Origin: Calditrichia bacterium
Lineage (GTDB): Bacteria; Calditrichota; Calditrichia; RBG-13-44-9; J075
DNA length: 64,000 bases
NCBI GenBank assembly: GCA_965227145.1
Contig: OZ245730.1
Location: 2,916,646-2,980,645, forward strand
Direction of reading: 5' to 3'
The first letter of the stretch is position 1. Every line of letters begins with the position of its first letter. The notes under the pieces are model-generated. The model ran no database searches. It was not told the DNA's origin and saw only the letters and a program-made list of their open reading frames with translations. This document shows, piece by piece, positions 30,759-40,913 of the stretch. The translations under genes were made by a program, and so were the position numbers.

Positions 30759-31185
30759 ACCCGGGAATAATTTCCAACAACACTGCAGCAACGAAAGGGA
30801 CCTTCATTTGGAAAGCAACAATGTAGATGAATTTATGGATAGCCTGAACCATCCATTCAAAGATGGCATTGAGTTGTTACGACAAATCATAAAACAATGT
30901 AATGAAAATATCGTCGAAGAAATAAAATGGAATGCCCCAAGCTATCGAATAACTGAACATTTTGCAACATTCAAACTATATCCCCCCAAACATATTCAAA
31001 TTGTATTACATACAGGTGCAACGAAAAAAGAACTTCCACAGAAATTCCATTTGGATGACCCCCTCAAGTTAATAAAATGGGCAGCGCCGGATCGATGCAC
31101 AATTACGATTAAATCGAATGATGCAGCAAAAAAAAACGGTGAAGAAATCTCAACCATCATAAAAAGTTGGATTAAACAACTGTAA
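30751..31185 (+). CDS. DUF1801 (YdhG-like) protein
   Basis: LRQII, EEIKWNAPSY, LHTGA motifs; start uncertain. Confidence 0.85.
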   Translation: MYKPGNNFQQHCSNERDLHLESNNVDEFMDSLNHPFKDGIELLRQIIKQCNENIVEEIKWNAPSYRITEHFATFKLYPPKHIQIVLHTGATKKELPQKFHLDDPLKLIKWAAPDRCTITIKSNDAAKKNGEEISTIIKSWIKQL

Positions 31186-31391
31186 TATGACTGATATCCC
31201 TTTCTGAGCAACACCACCTTCAGATTTGGTTGAATTGATTTTCCATTCTCCCACATTTTCGAATATTTTTTGGGTGTCAATCATCAGTTGCATCTTTTCC
31301 CATTTATTTTTATCATTGGTTGGTTTGAAATTCAACCGCAAATGAGCAGTAAAAAAATGTTCTGTGCAATATAATAACGGGTAGATACACT

Positions 31392-32597
31392 ATGGTAAAG
31401 CTGATTAAGGCTATTCTTTTAATACTAATTTCAACTGAAATGATTTTTGGCCAGTCTGAACCCACAATCCTCACCGACAATATCAGACCGAATTTGACAA
31501 CCAGTGATTCAATCATATATTTGAATATTCCTGATCGTCCGGCAAATGCGTTAGAAGGCTCGGCGTTTGTCAATCAGGTGAAAAATTTGAGCATCATCGA
31601 TCGAGAAATAGCGGTCGTCAGTGAAATTTTATCGGGCAATGTCCCTTCTTTCTCTCGAAAATTAAAAGCCATAACAATCAATCAATCGATTAGCGGGAAC
31701 AGCTATGCGTTGAGTTTTTATACGCTGTGCGATTATATGGCGATTGGATCTGACGAGGATTATTTTTACATACCGATGACCCCATCGACGGCACAATACC
31801 TCGCGGACAGTTTGAATTGCATACTGCCAACCAAAAAAATGGTGGATATCATATATAACAATGCAGAATTTAAGCTGCAGCCTCAACCCATTCCGCCATC
31901 GGATACAATGACAACCGTCCCGGTTTTTTGGCTACACACGGGTTTAGTCAAACAACAATTTAATCAATTGGGATTTGACAGATCCGCAAACAACATCGTT
32001 GGTGGCACTAAAAAAGATATCATCATCTCAAATAAAATTTACAGTCTGGACAGAAATTATGAACGGGTGGTCATTTATGGCTGGCATTTGGGCGTGAATA
32101 ATCCCATTCAACCGGTGTATAACGGACATATTGCCATGTATGCGGATTATTCGCACGGCGTGCGCTTGATATCCAATTTAGCATTCCTCAATGGCGATTC
32201 TGTTCAGGTTGAAGACATCATAACCCAACAAAGTTTGTGGATTTTATTGAGCAATGAAGGTATCATCCCGCAACCCTATTACCCCGATAGTGATTATTTA
32301 ACTGCGCTAAATGACCATTTCGAAAACGCGCCAATCGATTTTCAATTAAGCCAAAATTATCCCAACCCCTTTAACCCGACGACAACCATAAATTATCAAC
32401 TGTCAAAAAAATCTGTTGTTGAACTGAGTATTTTTAACATGCTCGGTCAAAAAATGATTACGTTGGTTGCCGGTGAACAACCGGCCGGAGATTATGAAAT
32501 TAGTTGGGATGCATATTCATTCGCGAGCGGTATTTACATTTACAAGCTGAAGGCTGGCTCTTTTGAGCAAAGCCGTAAAATGATACTTTTGCGCTAA
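31392..32597 (+). CDS. Secreted protein with C-terminal sorting (T9SS type A-like) domain
   Basis: Signal peptide; C-terminal LSQNYPNPFNPTTTI...SGIYIYKL...KMILLR. Confidence 0.85.
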   Translation: MVKLIKAILLILISTEMIFGQSEPTILTDNIRPNLTTSDSIIYLNIPDRPANALEGSAFVNQVKNLSIIDREIAVVSEILSGNVPSFSRKLKAITINQSISGNSYALSFYTLCDYMAIGSDEDYFYIPMTPSTAQYLADSLNCILPTKKMVDIIYNNAEFKLQPQPIPPSDTMTTVPVFWLHTGLVKQQFNQLGFDRSANNIVGGTKKDIIISNKIYSLDRNYERVVIYGWHLGVNNPIQPVYNGHIAMYADYSHGVRLISNLAFLNGDSVQVEDIITQQSLWILLSNEGIIPQPYYPDSDYLTALNDHFENAPIDFQLSQNYPNPFNPTTTINYQLSKKSVVELSIFNMLGQKMITLVAGEQPAGDYEISWDAYSFASGIYIYKLKAGSFEQSRKMILLR

Positions 32598-32620
32598 GCT
32601 TTTTTATTCTATGATTTAAC

Positions 32621-32695
32621 GGACACAGCTACAGGCTTGTTGTTGTGTCCGAATGATGTAATTGTGCAAACCGGAATATTAATCCATCAGCAATT
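32621..32695 (+). repeat. Highly eroded attC fossil
   Basis: GGACACAGCTACAGGCTTGTTG...TTGTGCAAA...CATCAGCAATT matches the attC consensus at 32 of 50 ungapped positions by manual alignment, plus the downstream CATCAGCAA block. Confidence 0.55.
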
Positions 32696-32747
32696 AACGG
32701 CAGCGAGCTCTTATCCTCTGCCGAATAAATACCCAAAAGGGAAATAA

Positions 32748-33917
32748 ATGAGAACAATCGTTGGATTTCTGATTTCCGCTTTTATGTTTTGTAGCTGTCA
32801 AAAAAAGGATGAATTAGTCATCTCCAAAAAGGATGGGATTGTTATTATCCACAACCCGGAAAAACCGTTACGGGAGGATATTCAATATCTTCAGTTTAGC
32901 GAAATTTTCCGCATTGGAGATAATTCCGATAAAGTGAACGAATTTTTTCATTTGATAACAGACATAAGTGTTGACAAAAACCACAATATTTATATTGCAG
33001 TACAGGGCAATAATAGTGTTCAAAAATTTGATCAAAATGGAAATTTTATAAAAATAATTGGCTCAAATGGCAGCGGTCCCGGAGAATACACGTCTCCCGG
33101 GCTTATTTTAAACGGCGCCCAAAACGAAACAATAATTTTTGACAGAGCCATAGATAAATTAATACATTTTGATCCAGATGGAACCTTTCTGAAAGAGCGT
33201 TGGATTTCAGACAAAACACAGAATCATCTTCTATCGCCTCTATTTCTTGATAGCCATACACTGTTAATGTTAACGAAACTGAATAACCGTGATCCGAAAA
33301 GTTTAATAAATGTCAATGAAATTGTGTCGTATAATCTTGAGAATCGGGAAATCAGAAAATTATTAACATTCAATGTTGACCGGCAGGTTCTCACAGGAGA
33401 AAGCGGTGCTTTTATGACAAGAAGTAAATGGGAAACCAATTTTGCCATTTCGCCGCAACGGGAAATTTTTGTCTCAAACAGCATGGATTATGAGCTATTT
33501 GTTTATGCAGAAAATGGAAATAAAATTAAAGAGATTCGTCGGGCGTATAAAAAAGTGCCTTTGTCCAATAAAGAGAAAGCATCCATAAAAGGTCCTACAT
33601 TGGGCAATGGTAAAACATTCTCCCCACCCGACTGCCATTCAGATATTTTGGCGTTCTACTTTGTTGTTCCAAATGAGCTTTGGGTTATAACTTCAAATGT
33701 AATTAACGAGCAAAATGTCATTGATGTTTTTGATAATGAAGGACAATTCATAAGACAGATATCTGTTAACATACCTTTAAATCTGAAACGTAGTTACAGC
33801 AATTATTTGCATGAACTCATCTTTGACGAAACTACAAATTCACTACATTTATTTCAGGTTGAGCGAAATGCGGATGATGTTGAGATCGTTGTTTGTTATA
33901 AAGCTAAATATCAATAG
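32748..33917 (+). CDS. Lipoprotein with NHL/6-bladed beta-propeller
   Basis: Lipobox-like FCSC; KFDQNGNFIKIIGSNGSGPGEY repeat motif. Confidence 0.85.
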   Translation: MRTIVGFLISAFMFCSCQKKDELVISKKDGIVIIHNPEKPLREDIQYLQFSEIFRIGDNSDKVNEFFHLITDISVDKNHNIYIAVQGNNSVQKFDQNGNFIKIIGSNGSGPGEYTSPGLILNGAQNETIIFDRAIDKLIHFDPDGTFLKERWISDKTQNHLLSPLFLDSHTLLMLTKLNNRDPKSLINVNEIVSYNLENREIRKLLTFNVDRQVLTGESGAFMTRSKWETNFAISPQREIFVSNSMDYELFVYAENGNKIKEIRRAYKKVPLSNKEKASIKGPTLGNGKTFSPPDCHSDILAFYFVVPNELWVITSNVINEQNVIDVFDNEGQFIRQISVNIPLNLKRSYSNYLHELIFDETTNSLHLFQVERNADDVEIVVCYKAKYQ

Positions 33918-34006
33918 AATAACCACTTATGTGATTTATTTTGATACAAAAATGAATATACACAACCTTACATTTCATTCGGTAATTGAAACGAGTTGAT
34001 CAATAG

Positions 34007-34384
34007 ATGACCCTTCGATTTTCGCTACCCGCTTTTTTGATATTTTGCTCTATTTTTGCGATAGAAATAATCATTGCCCTATTTATCCGGGATACATTTA
34101 TTCGCCCATTTGTTGGTGATGTTCTCGTCGTAATACTGATTTTCTATTTCATCCGTTCCTTTTGCAAATGCTCACCGATTAAACTTGCTGTTGGCGTATT
34201 ACTTTTTTCAACAAGCATCGAAATTTCACAATACTTTGATTTAGTAAATATTTTGGGGATAGATGATTACGAGATTGCGCATATCATTCTTGGCTCAACC
34301 TTTGATTGGATGGATATTCTTGCGTATCTGTTAGGAACCGCCGGCGCATATTTTTTTGAAAAGTTTTATCACTTTAGCAATTGA
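34007..34384 (+). CDS. DUF2809 membrane protein
   Basis: IRPFVGDVLVV, IEISQY, LGSTFDWMDILAY motifs. Confidence 0.85.
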   Translation: MTLRFSLPAFLIFCSIFAIEIIIALFIRDTFIRPFVGDVLVVILIFYFIRSFCKCSPIKLAVGVLLFSTSIEISQYFDLVNILGIDDYEIAHIILGSTFDWMDILAYLLGTAGAYFFEKFYHFSN

Positions 34385-34561
34385 TCAACACAGTATTTAC
34401 TAATTCTTGATAAGGTTAAGCAATTGAGCATCCTGTAGATAATGATCATAATTTCACTGTCATTATCTTCGGGATGCTTTTTTTGTTTGTAAAAATGCAA
34501 AAAATCATTACAATAGCCTACGAGAAATCCATTGAAAACCTCACTCGCCGGAGAAAACCTG

Positions 34562-35272
34562 ATGAAGAATACGCTTGCCGAAATGCCTTATCGCACAATC
34601 GCGCGAATTACCGGAATTTTGTATCTGATAATTATTGTTTGTGCCGGTTTCAGCGAAGGATTTGTTCGTGGCAATTTGATTGTTCACGGTGACGCAACGG
34701 CAACGGCCAATAATATTGTGGCTTCCGAATTTCTGTTCCGAATCGGATTCGCCAGCGATTTGATCGCATTTTTGTGCGATGCGGTTGTGTCTATTCTGTT
34801 CTATGTGTTGCTCAAACCGGTCAGCAAAACGCTATCGCTGATTGCCGCGACGTTGCGGATATTGGCGCATCCCGCAATTGCAAGTGTCAATATGTTGAAT
34901 CATTTTATTTCGCTGGAGTTGCTGAGCGGTGCGGATTATCTGAATACTTTCGGGGCGGATCAAATCAATAGTTTAGTGCTGCTATTTTTGGAAATGCACA
35001 GCATCGGTTATCTGATTGCCGGCGCTTTTTTTGGCATTCACTGTGTTATACTCGGCTACCTCATTTTCAAATCGAACCTTTTTCCGGGTGTTTTGGGGAT
35101 TTTTTTAATGATCGCTGCCGTTGGCTATCTGTTGAACAGTTTTGGCATATTCCTCTTTCCGGCACATGAGACATTTTTTGCAAATATTGTTGTTTTACCA
35201 GCCGTTATCGCGGAGCTTTCGGTTTGCATTTGGCTGTTGGTAAAAGGTGTAAAAGAACAGCAGATTGCCTGA
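34562..35272 (+). CDS. DUF4386 membrane protein
   Basis: ARITGILYL, TANNI, FRIG, ELSVCIWLLVKG motifs; multiple TMs. Confidence 0.85.
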   Translation: MKNTLAEMPYRTIARITGILYLIIIVCAGFSEGFVRGNLIVHGDATATANNIVASEFLFRIGFASDLIAFLCDAVVSILFYVLLKPVSKTLSLIAATLRILAHPAIASVNMLNHFISLELLSGADYLNTFGADQINSLVLLFLEMHSIGYLIAGAFFGIHCVILGYLIFKSNLFPGVLGIFLMIAAVGYLLNSFGIFLFPAHETFFANIVVLPAVIAELSVCIWLLVKGVKEQQIA

Positions 35273-35328
35273 TTTGTTGATGCTTTTTCAAAATTATTTT
35301 GGTAGTGGTAAATTGATTTGCCGGTAGC

Positions 35329-35787
35329 CTAATGATACAAATTTCGGCTTTCGGGTGCGGATAAGCCATCCGGTGTAAAATCACCGTTGCTTTTGCACCA
35401 TTGAATTCGCTGAATTGCCGAACCGGTCCAGGTGGTTTGGACAATCGTGCCGTATTCATTTTTGGCAGTATTTTGGATTGTATTCTCATTCAAATCGAGC
35501 AAAAAATAATTATCCGCATCGCCAGTCCGATACTGCAGGGCAATTTTCTTGATTTCGGGATGAAATTGCATAGCTTTTTCCAATTCAAGCGCAGCAGCTT
35601 TTAGCGAAAATTCCTGTCCGGTGTTTTCTACCGGAATAATGAAAAAATCCTGTGGCGGGGCAATAATAACGCCCGAAAGATCATCGCGGGTGCTGTCCGA
35701 ATTTCCGGAAAAAGCAGCGTAAACCATCAGTCCAAAAAACAAAACAAATACTGCGGCAACCACTTTTTTTATATCAAATTGCATCAT
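35329..35787 (-). CDS. Hypothetical membrane-anchored protein
   Basis: AAGGA RBS before MMQFDIKK; N-terminal hydrophobic helix. Confidence 0.65.
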   Translation of the reverse strand: MMQFDIKKVVAAVFVLFFGLMVYAAFSGNSDSTRDDLSGVIIAPPQDFFIIPVENTGQEFSLKAAALELEKAMQFHPEIKKIALQYRTGDADNYFLLDLNENTIQNTAKNEYGTIVQTTWTGSAIQRIQWCKSNGDFTPDGLSAPESRNLYH

Positions 35788-35930
35788 TTTATTTCCTTTT
35801 TGGATTGAATATATCGAATTTATCAGGTGAAACAAGCTGAATCGCGATTGTTAAAATTAATTAAAATCCCGGTTAAAATAAACATCTTCCAATAAATTGA
35901 TTCAACATTATAACAGCAGAATCACTACAA

Positions 35931-36968
35931 ATGAAAAACCTTTGGATACTCCTCATCCTCATTTCGATTCAGCATATCGCATTGTCGCAGGAATACAAGA
36001 CTATCGAAATTGTTAACATAATTGACACAAACCTGTTCCTTTCAAAAAACGGACAATTTGTCAAATTAGCCAATGTGGAAACGGTTCCGATTTCTGCGGA
36101 CGACAGCGGTTTTTCAAAAAAGATCATCAAATATGCTGAAAAAATGTTGAAAAATCAGCCGCTTAAATACATCGAAACGCAACAGGAATTCCCCGGCGAT
36201 ACGCTGTTTGTCCATTTGTATCAGCGTTTTTTTGTGCCCAACAAATGCTTTAACATCGAATATTTGAAAGCGGGATTCGGCAAATATGCCAACACCGGCG
36301 ATGCCAAAGATATCGAAACATACGTTGCGGCCGAACAATACGCAAAATCCCGCAATAGAGGGATTTGGAAAAATCATTTGGTTACCGGCATTCCCAATCC
36401 TGATGACGCATACAGCATCCACTTCCGCTATTCAAATTCGATGAGAGAAAGAGGCGGTGACCGACCGTTCCGGGTGTTCAATTTGAACTACGATGATTTT
36501 TCGGGGAAGAACAGATTGCGGTTGAATTTTTCGAGTATTTTCAATCGCCACACCACAAATTCGGTGGACGATGTTATTGTTTCAGCCAGATTTTACAACC
36601 GCAGAAAAGGCGCTGCAGTTGACTTTGGATTGGTTTACGCCCATCAGTTTACCGGTGAAGCCAGGGGAAAAATCCTGTTTCCTGTGGTGGGTTTTGAATA
36701 TGGCGACCTCGATCAAATGTTTGCATCTTTTCACATTATCGATGAAATTTTGTTGACAGGATTAACTTTGGGAATGAATTTCCGGTTCAACAATCCGCTT
36801 GGCGTTCTGACCGTTGGGCAATCTTTTGGAACGGATAAATGGATGCCCTTTGCCAAATTGAAATTCAGTCTGGCAGATGTGATGGTCATTGATTTTCAGG
36901 GAAAATATCATTTTGGGGAAAAATACGGAAGTTTCACCTTCGGATTTGGCACTATTTTAAATCACTAA
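35931..36968 (+). CDS. Exported protein with degenerate SNase domain and beta-strand-rich C-terminus (paralog of 28434-29540)
   Basis: IVNIIDTN, VKLANVET, EYLKAGFGK, AEQYAK..NRGIW; C-terminal FTFGFG. Confidence 0.72.
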   Translation: MKNLWILLILISIQHIALSQEYKTIEIVNIIDTNLFLSKNGQFVKLANVETVPISADDSGFSKKIIKYAEKMLKNQPLKYIETQQEFPGDTLFVHLYQRFFVPNKCFNIEYLKAGFGKYANTGDAKDIETYVAAEQYAKSRNRGIWKNHLVTGIPNPDDAYSIHFRYSNSMRERGGDRPFRVFNLNYDDFSGKNRLRLNFSSIFNRHTTNSVDDVIVSARFYNRRKGAAVDFGLVYAHQFTGEARGKILFPVVGFEYGDLDQMFASFHIIDEILLTGLTLGMNFRFNNPLGVLTVGQSFGTDKWMPFAKLKFSLADVMVIDFQGKYHFGEKYGSFTFGFGTILNH

Positions 36969-36979
36969 ACGGAGAAAAT

Positions 36980-37366
36980 ATGGCACAAAATACAGTACTG
37001 AACAAACAAAATGCGATGGCGTTTTACGATCTGATGTTCAACCAATGCGAACCGGAAGCCGCAATTGAGCAATTTGCCGGTGATGCGTATATCCAGCACA
37101 ATCCCCATGTTGGCGATGGAAAAGCGGCGTTCATCGACTATTTTCGCCGGATGGCGAAGGAATATCCCGGCAAAAAAGTGCACTTCAAACGCGCGATCGC
37201 CGAAAACGATTTGGTGGTTTTGCACTGTTTTCAGGAATGGCCGAATGATCACAATTATGCCGGCATCGACATTTTCCGGTTCGATGAAAACGGAAAAATT
37301 GTTGAGCATTGGGATGTGCTGCAAATAATTCCCGATACTTTTGCCCATGAGAACGGGATGTTTTAA
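36980..37366 (+). CDS. SnoaL-like/NTF2-family protein
   Basis: YIQHNPHVGDG and DIFRFDENGKIVEHWD motifs. Confidence 0.9.
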   Translation: MAQNTVLNKQNAMAFYDLMFNQCEPEAAIEQFAGDAYIQHNPHVGDGKAAFIDYFRRMAKEYPGKKVHFKRAIAENDLVVLHCFQEWPNDHNYAGIDIFRFDENGKIVEHWDVLQIIPDTFAHENGMF

Positions 37367-37459
37367 ACCGCCAATTAATTTACAGGTTGTCACAAAGAAT
37401 AATTTCTGGCTTGGTTTCCGCCGCGTTTTATCATTTCTTGATAATATCGATACTCTAAA

Positions 37460-38404
37460 ATGCGGTCAAACAGAATATTTGTGATGAAATTTCAAACGAT
37501 ACATTCCAAACACCATCATTTTAAATGGGATAATTCCCGAAAACCGGTGTTGACGGTTGCGCCGGGCGACACCGTCGATTTCGAAATATTGGAAGCATCC
37601 GGCGGGCGCATTCGTCCGGATTCGACAGCAGCAGATATCCTCAATCTCGATTCGGACGTTGCCAATCCGGTAACCGGTCCGGTGTTTATCGACAGCGCAG
37701 AACCGGGCGATACGCTGGTTGTGGACGTCATCGATTGCCAAATCAGCCAATGGGGCTGGACGGGCATCATCCCCGGATTTGGTTTGCTGGCAAAAGATTT
37801 TAGCGAACCTTATCTGCATCACTCCCGCTATTCATCTGATTTTATTGAATTTACACCGGAGATAAACATCCCCACCCGACCGTTTCCGGGCACCATCGGG
37901 ATTGCGCCGGCTGCTCCCGGCGAATTTTCGACCATCCCGCCGTTGCCTATCGGCGGCAACATCGATTGCCGGGATTTGACGATCGGCGCCAGATTATATT
38001 TGCCTGTTCAAACACCGGGCGCGCTTTTTTCCGTTGGCGATACGCACGCAGCGCAGGGCGATGGCGAGGTTTGCGGCACCGCCATCGAATCGCCGATGAC
38101 GATTCGCCTCAGGTTTTCGCTGATCAAACAGCAGCAATCGCGTTTTCCGCGACTGTTGGTGAACGCAGAACCGGCACATTCATCCCAAAAAAATGCTGTA
38201 ACGCTCGGCATCGCAGATTCGCTGATGAACGCGGCAACCGAAGCCATCCGCGAGATGATCGATCATCTCATGAAAACATACGGCTTGAGTGCAGAACTCG
38301 CGTATTGTTTGTGCAGCGTTGCGGTTCACCTGAAAATCACCGAAGTGGTGAACGCCCCAAACTGGGTTGTCGGTGCGTATTTGCCAACGGCTATTTTCAA
38401 ATAA
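37460..38404 (+). CDS. Acetamidase/formamidase family protein
   Basis: TGPVFI..AEPGD, GGNID, GDTHAAQGDGEVCGTAIE motifs; start may be at 37484. Confidence 0.92.
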   Translation: MRSNRIFVMKFQTIHSKHHHFKWDNSRKPVLTVAPGDTVDFEILEASGGRIRPDSTAADILNLDSDVANPVTGPVFIDSAEPGDTLVVDVIDCQISQWGWTGIIPGFGLLAKDFSEPYLHHSRYSSDFIEFTPEINIPTRPFPGTIGIAPAAPGEFSTIPPLPIGGNIDCRDLTIGARLYLPVQTPGALFSVGDTHAAQGDGEVCGTAIESPMTIRLRFSLIKQQQSRFPRLLVNAEPAHSSQKNAVTLGIADSLMNAATEAIREMIDHLMKTYGLSAELAYCLCSVAVHLKITEVVNAPNWVVGAYLPTAIFK

Positions 38405-38455
38405 CACTATTCGGATACTTACAAATTTTCAACACAAAAAAGGAAACAACGCATC

Positions 38456-39715
38456 ATGGCGAAATTATACAGTATCAATCTCCAACGGGTTGAAAACGAT
38501 TTATACGAACTGGCCAAAATCGGCTATAATCCGGAAGACAAAGGCATTTATCGTCCCGGTTTAACCGAAGCGGACATGGAAGGGCGCAGATGGCTGATGA
38601 AAAAATGTCGTGAAAACGGCATGACAGCGCGGATGGACGGTGCCGGAAATGTCATCGCCCGATTGGGCGACCCGGATAAACCTGCAGTGGTCATCGGATC
38701 GCACACGGATTCCGTGCCCAGCGGTGGTATGTTCGACGGAACGTTGGGCGTCATTGGCGGGTTGGAATGTGTTCGCATCATCAACGAGCAAAATATTGCG
38801 CTAAAACATCCCATCGAAGTGATCGCAACGAGCGAAGAAGAGGGACGTTTTGGCGGCATGTTCGGCGCGCAGGCCATCGTCGGCGATCTCACACCGTCGT
38901 GGATCGAAACCGCCCGTTCCGCCGATGGCGAATATCTGATCGACGCATTGCGAAATTTCGATTTGCACCCGCACGACGCGCTGCATGCCCGCCGGGAACC
39001 GGCATCGATGTTGACGTATCTGGAATTGCACATCGAACAGGGTCCGGTTCTCGATTTGGAAAAAACACCCATCGGCGTTGTGGAAGGCATTTCCGGTGTG
39101 TTCAAATGGATGGTCCGGTTGATCGGAAAAGCGGATCACGCCGGAACCGCGCCGATGCACATGCGCAGCGATGCCTTTATGGGGCTCGCGGATTTCGGGC
39201 ACGAAATTTACCGGATCATCGATGAAGAAGGCTCCGACAAAAGCCGGTTGACCGTCGGGAAAGTGGATTTAAAACCCGGATTTGCCCACACTATTCCCGG
39301 CGAAGTCGATTTTACGCTGGTTGGCCGGGATATCGACGAAGACGTGATGCGCCAGCTTGCCTCTGCCTGTCGCCGGGTATTATCCGCCATCGCCCGCAAA
39401 CACCGGCTGATGTTTGAATACGAAGAACGCAGCTGGCTATCGCCGCAGGATTGCCATCCGGATGTAATTTCCGCATTTGAAACATCCACAAAAAAACTGG
39501 GCTACGATTACAAAAGAATGCCCAGCGGTGCCGGACATGATGTCCAGTTTTTCGCAAAAATTACCCCGTCAGGAATGATTTTTGTGCCCAGCGTTGGCGG
39601 CATCAGTCACGCGCCGGACGAATGGACCCATTGGCAGGATGTCGAAAAAGGAATAAATGTGCTGCTGAACACGGCAGTAGACATCGCGCAACAGGAAAAA
39701 CCGTTTCATTCGTAA
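38456..39715 (+). CDS. Zn-dependent hydantoinase/carbamoylase-family amidohydrolase (M20)
   Basis: GSHTDSV..GG.FDG, EEEGRF, ELHIEQGP, HAGT.PM, SGAGHD motifs. Confidence 0.93.
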   Translation: MAKLYSINLQRVENDLYELAKIGYNPEDKGIYRPGLTEADMEGRRWLMKKCRENGMTARMDGAGNVIARLGDPDKPAVVIGSHTDSVPSGGMFDGTLGVIGGLECVRIINEQNIALKHPIEVIATSEEEGRFGGMFGAQAIVGDLTPSWIETARSADGEYLIDALRNFDLHPHDALHARREPASMLTYLELHIEQGPVLDLEKTPIGVVEGISGVFKWMVRLIGKADHAGTAPMHMRSDAFMGLADFGHEIYRIIDEEGSDKSRLTVGKVDLKPGFAHTIPGEVDFTLVGRDIDEDVMRQLASACRRVLSAIARKHRLMFEYEERSWLSPQDCHPDVISAFETSTKKLGYDYKRMPSGAGHDVQFFAKITPSGMIFVPSVGGISHAPDEWTHWQDVEKGINVLLNTAVDIAQQEKPFHS

Positions 39716-39762
39716 CGCCAAATTTTCTGCCGCCCTCTCCCCCACTTTTTATCTCCGCAATT

Positions 39763-39801
39763 ATTCTCAAAATGAAATCATTTCTATTTCATTTTGAGAA
39801 T
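39763..39801. promoter_or_regulatory. Inverted repeat, candidate enhancer (UAS) for the NtrC-type regulator
   Basis: Perfect 16-bp arms ATTCTCAAAATGAAAT-N7-ATTTCATTTTGAGAAT, ~50 bp upstream of a sigma54 motif. Confidence 0.6.
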
Positions 39802-39850
39802 TTCCCACGCCCAAACTCAATAAAAACAAGCTAAATCCACTATTTTTCTT

Positions 39851-39867
39851 TTGGCACAAATCTTGAA
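39851..39867 (+). promoter_or_regulatory. Predicted sigma54 (-24/-12) promoter
   Basis: TTGGCAC-AAATC-TTGAA. Confidence 0.65.
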
Positions 39868-39902
39868 GTATTATAGACTAAAAACCAAAAGGAGGTGATA
39901 CG

Positions 39903-40004
39903 ATGCCCTGTGGCCGAAAACGAAAACGCAAAAAAATCTCAAACCACAAACGAAAAAAACGTATGCGGAGAAATCGCCATAAGAAAAATGGCAAATGGGA
40001 TTAA
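39903..40004 (+). CDS. Small basic protein, bS22/mS38 (AURKAIP1/COX24)-like ribosomal protein family
   Basis: Not in the ORF track. Strong RBS AAGGAGGT; translation MPCGRKRKRKKISNHKRKKRMRRNRHKKNGKWD. Confidence 0.82.
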   Translation: MPCGRKRKRKKISNHKRKKRMRRNRHKKNGKWD

Positions 40005-40161
40005 TTGATTTGTGCCAATAAAAAACGGCACTGATAACCGGTGGTTATTGCCGGAGCAAACGATTGATTTGCTCCGCTACCCGCCCCGGTTTTTCAAATC
40101 ACGGAAAAATTACAATACACCAAAGCATTCAACAGAAGAAATACCAAACACGTTTTGAACT

Positions 40162-40878
40162 ATGAATCCATCGACCATTAAAAAATCAGGCAACGGCAAA
40201 ACATCAAATCGCCAACAAACACCGCAAGTTTCGATCGCATTTAACGATATGAAAAAGTTTAACTTACAAACAGAAAATGGCGATGCGGGATTGATCCACG
40301 ATTTGTATTTTGACGATAGTTCGTGGGCGATAAAATATCTGGTTATCGATTCCGGCGGCTGGTTTCCCGGTAAACAGCTGATTTTGCCGGTGTCGGAAAT
40401 TGGTGATGCAGTAGAAGCTTTGCAGATTATCCGCGTCAATTTTCGGCGGGAGGATATCGAAAACGGACCCGGAATTGACGAAGTAAAACCGGTTTCCCGG
40501 CAAATTGTGCGCACGCTGATCAGCCATCACAAAGTGCTGATCTTGCTGCCAACGGATAATCATTATTTGCCAAACTGGCTCATCAAAATCCTGAAAGCCG
40601 TTTCGTCCCAAACCGAAAAAATGCCGGCGCCGGCCGCCGGTCATCACCAACTCCGCAGCGCCCGGGAAATTGTTGGCTACAACGTTATTTATAATGATGA
40701 AAAAATCGGTTTTCTGAGCGATTTGATTGTGGACACGGTTGACTGGACGATTCAATCGATCGTTGCAAAACAGCGCAAACCGCTGATGGAAAAATCGGTT
40801 CTCATGCTCTCCCCGGAGCATGTGGACACCTTTTATTGGGCTGGTCACCAGATCGAACTATCTGACCCGCCGGTTTAA
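40162..40878 (+). CDS. PRC-barrel domain protein
   Basis: Two PRC-barrel motifs (G.IHDLYFDD..WAIKYLVID; IG.LSDLIVD..DW.I). Confidence 0.8.
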   Translation: MNPSTIKKSGNGKTSNRQQTPQVSIAFNDMKKFNLQTENGDAGLIHDLYFDDSSWAIKYLVIDSGGWFPGKQLILPVSEIGDAVEALQIIRVNFRREDIENGPGIDEVKPVSRQIVRTLISHHKVLILLPTDNHYLPNWLIKILKAVSSQTEKMPAPAAGHHQLRSAREIVGYNVIYNDEKIGFLSDLIVDTVDWTIQSIVAKQRKPLMEKSVLMLSPEHVDTFYWAGHQIELSDPPV

Positions 40879-40913
40879 GCGATCGCTAAAATAAATCAGC
40901 AAAGGAATACGAT

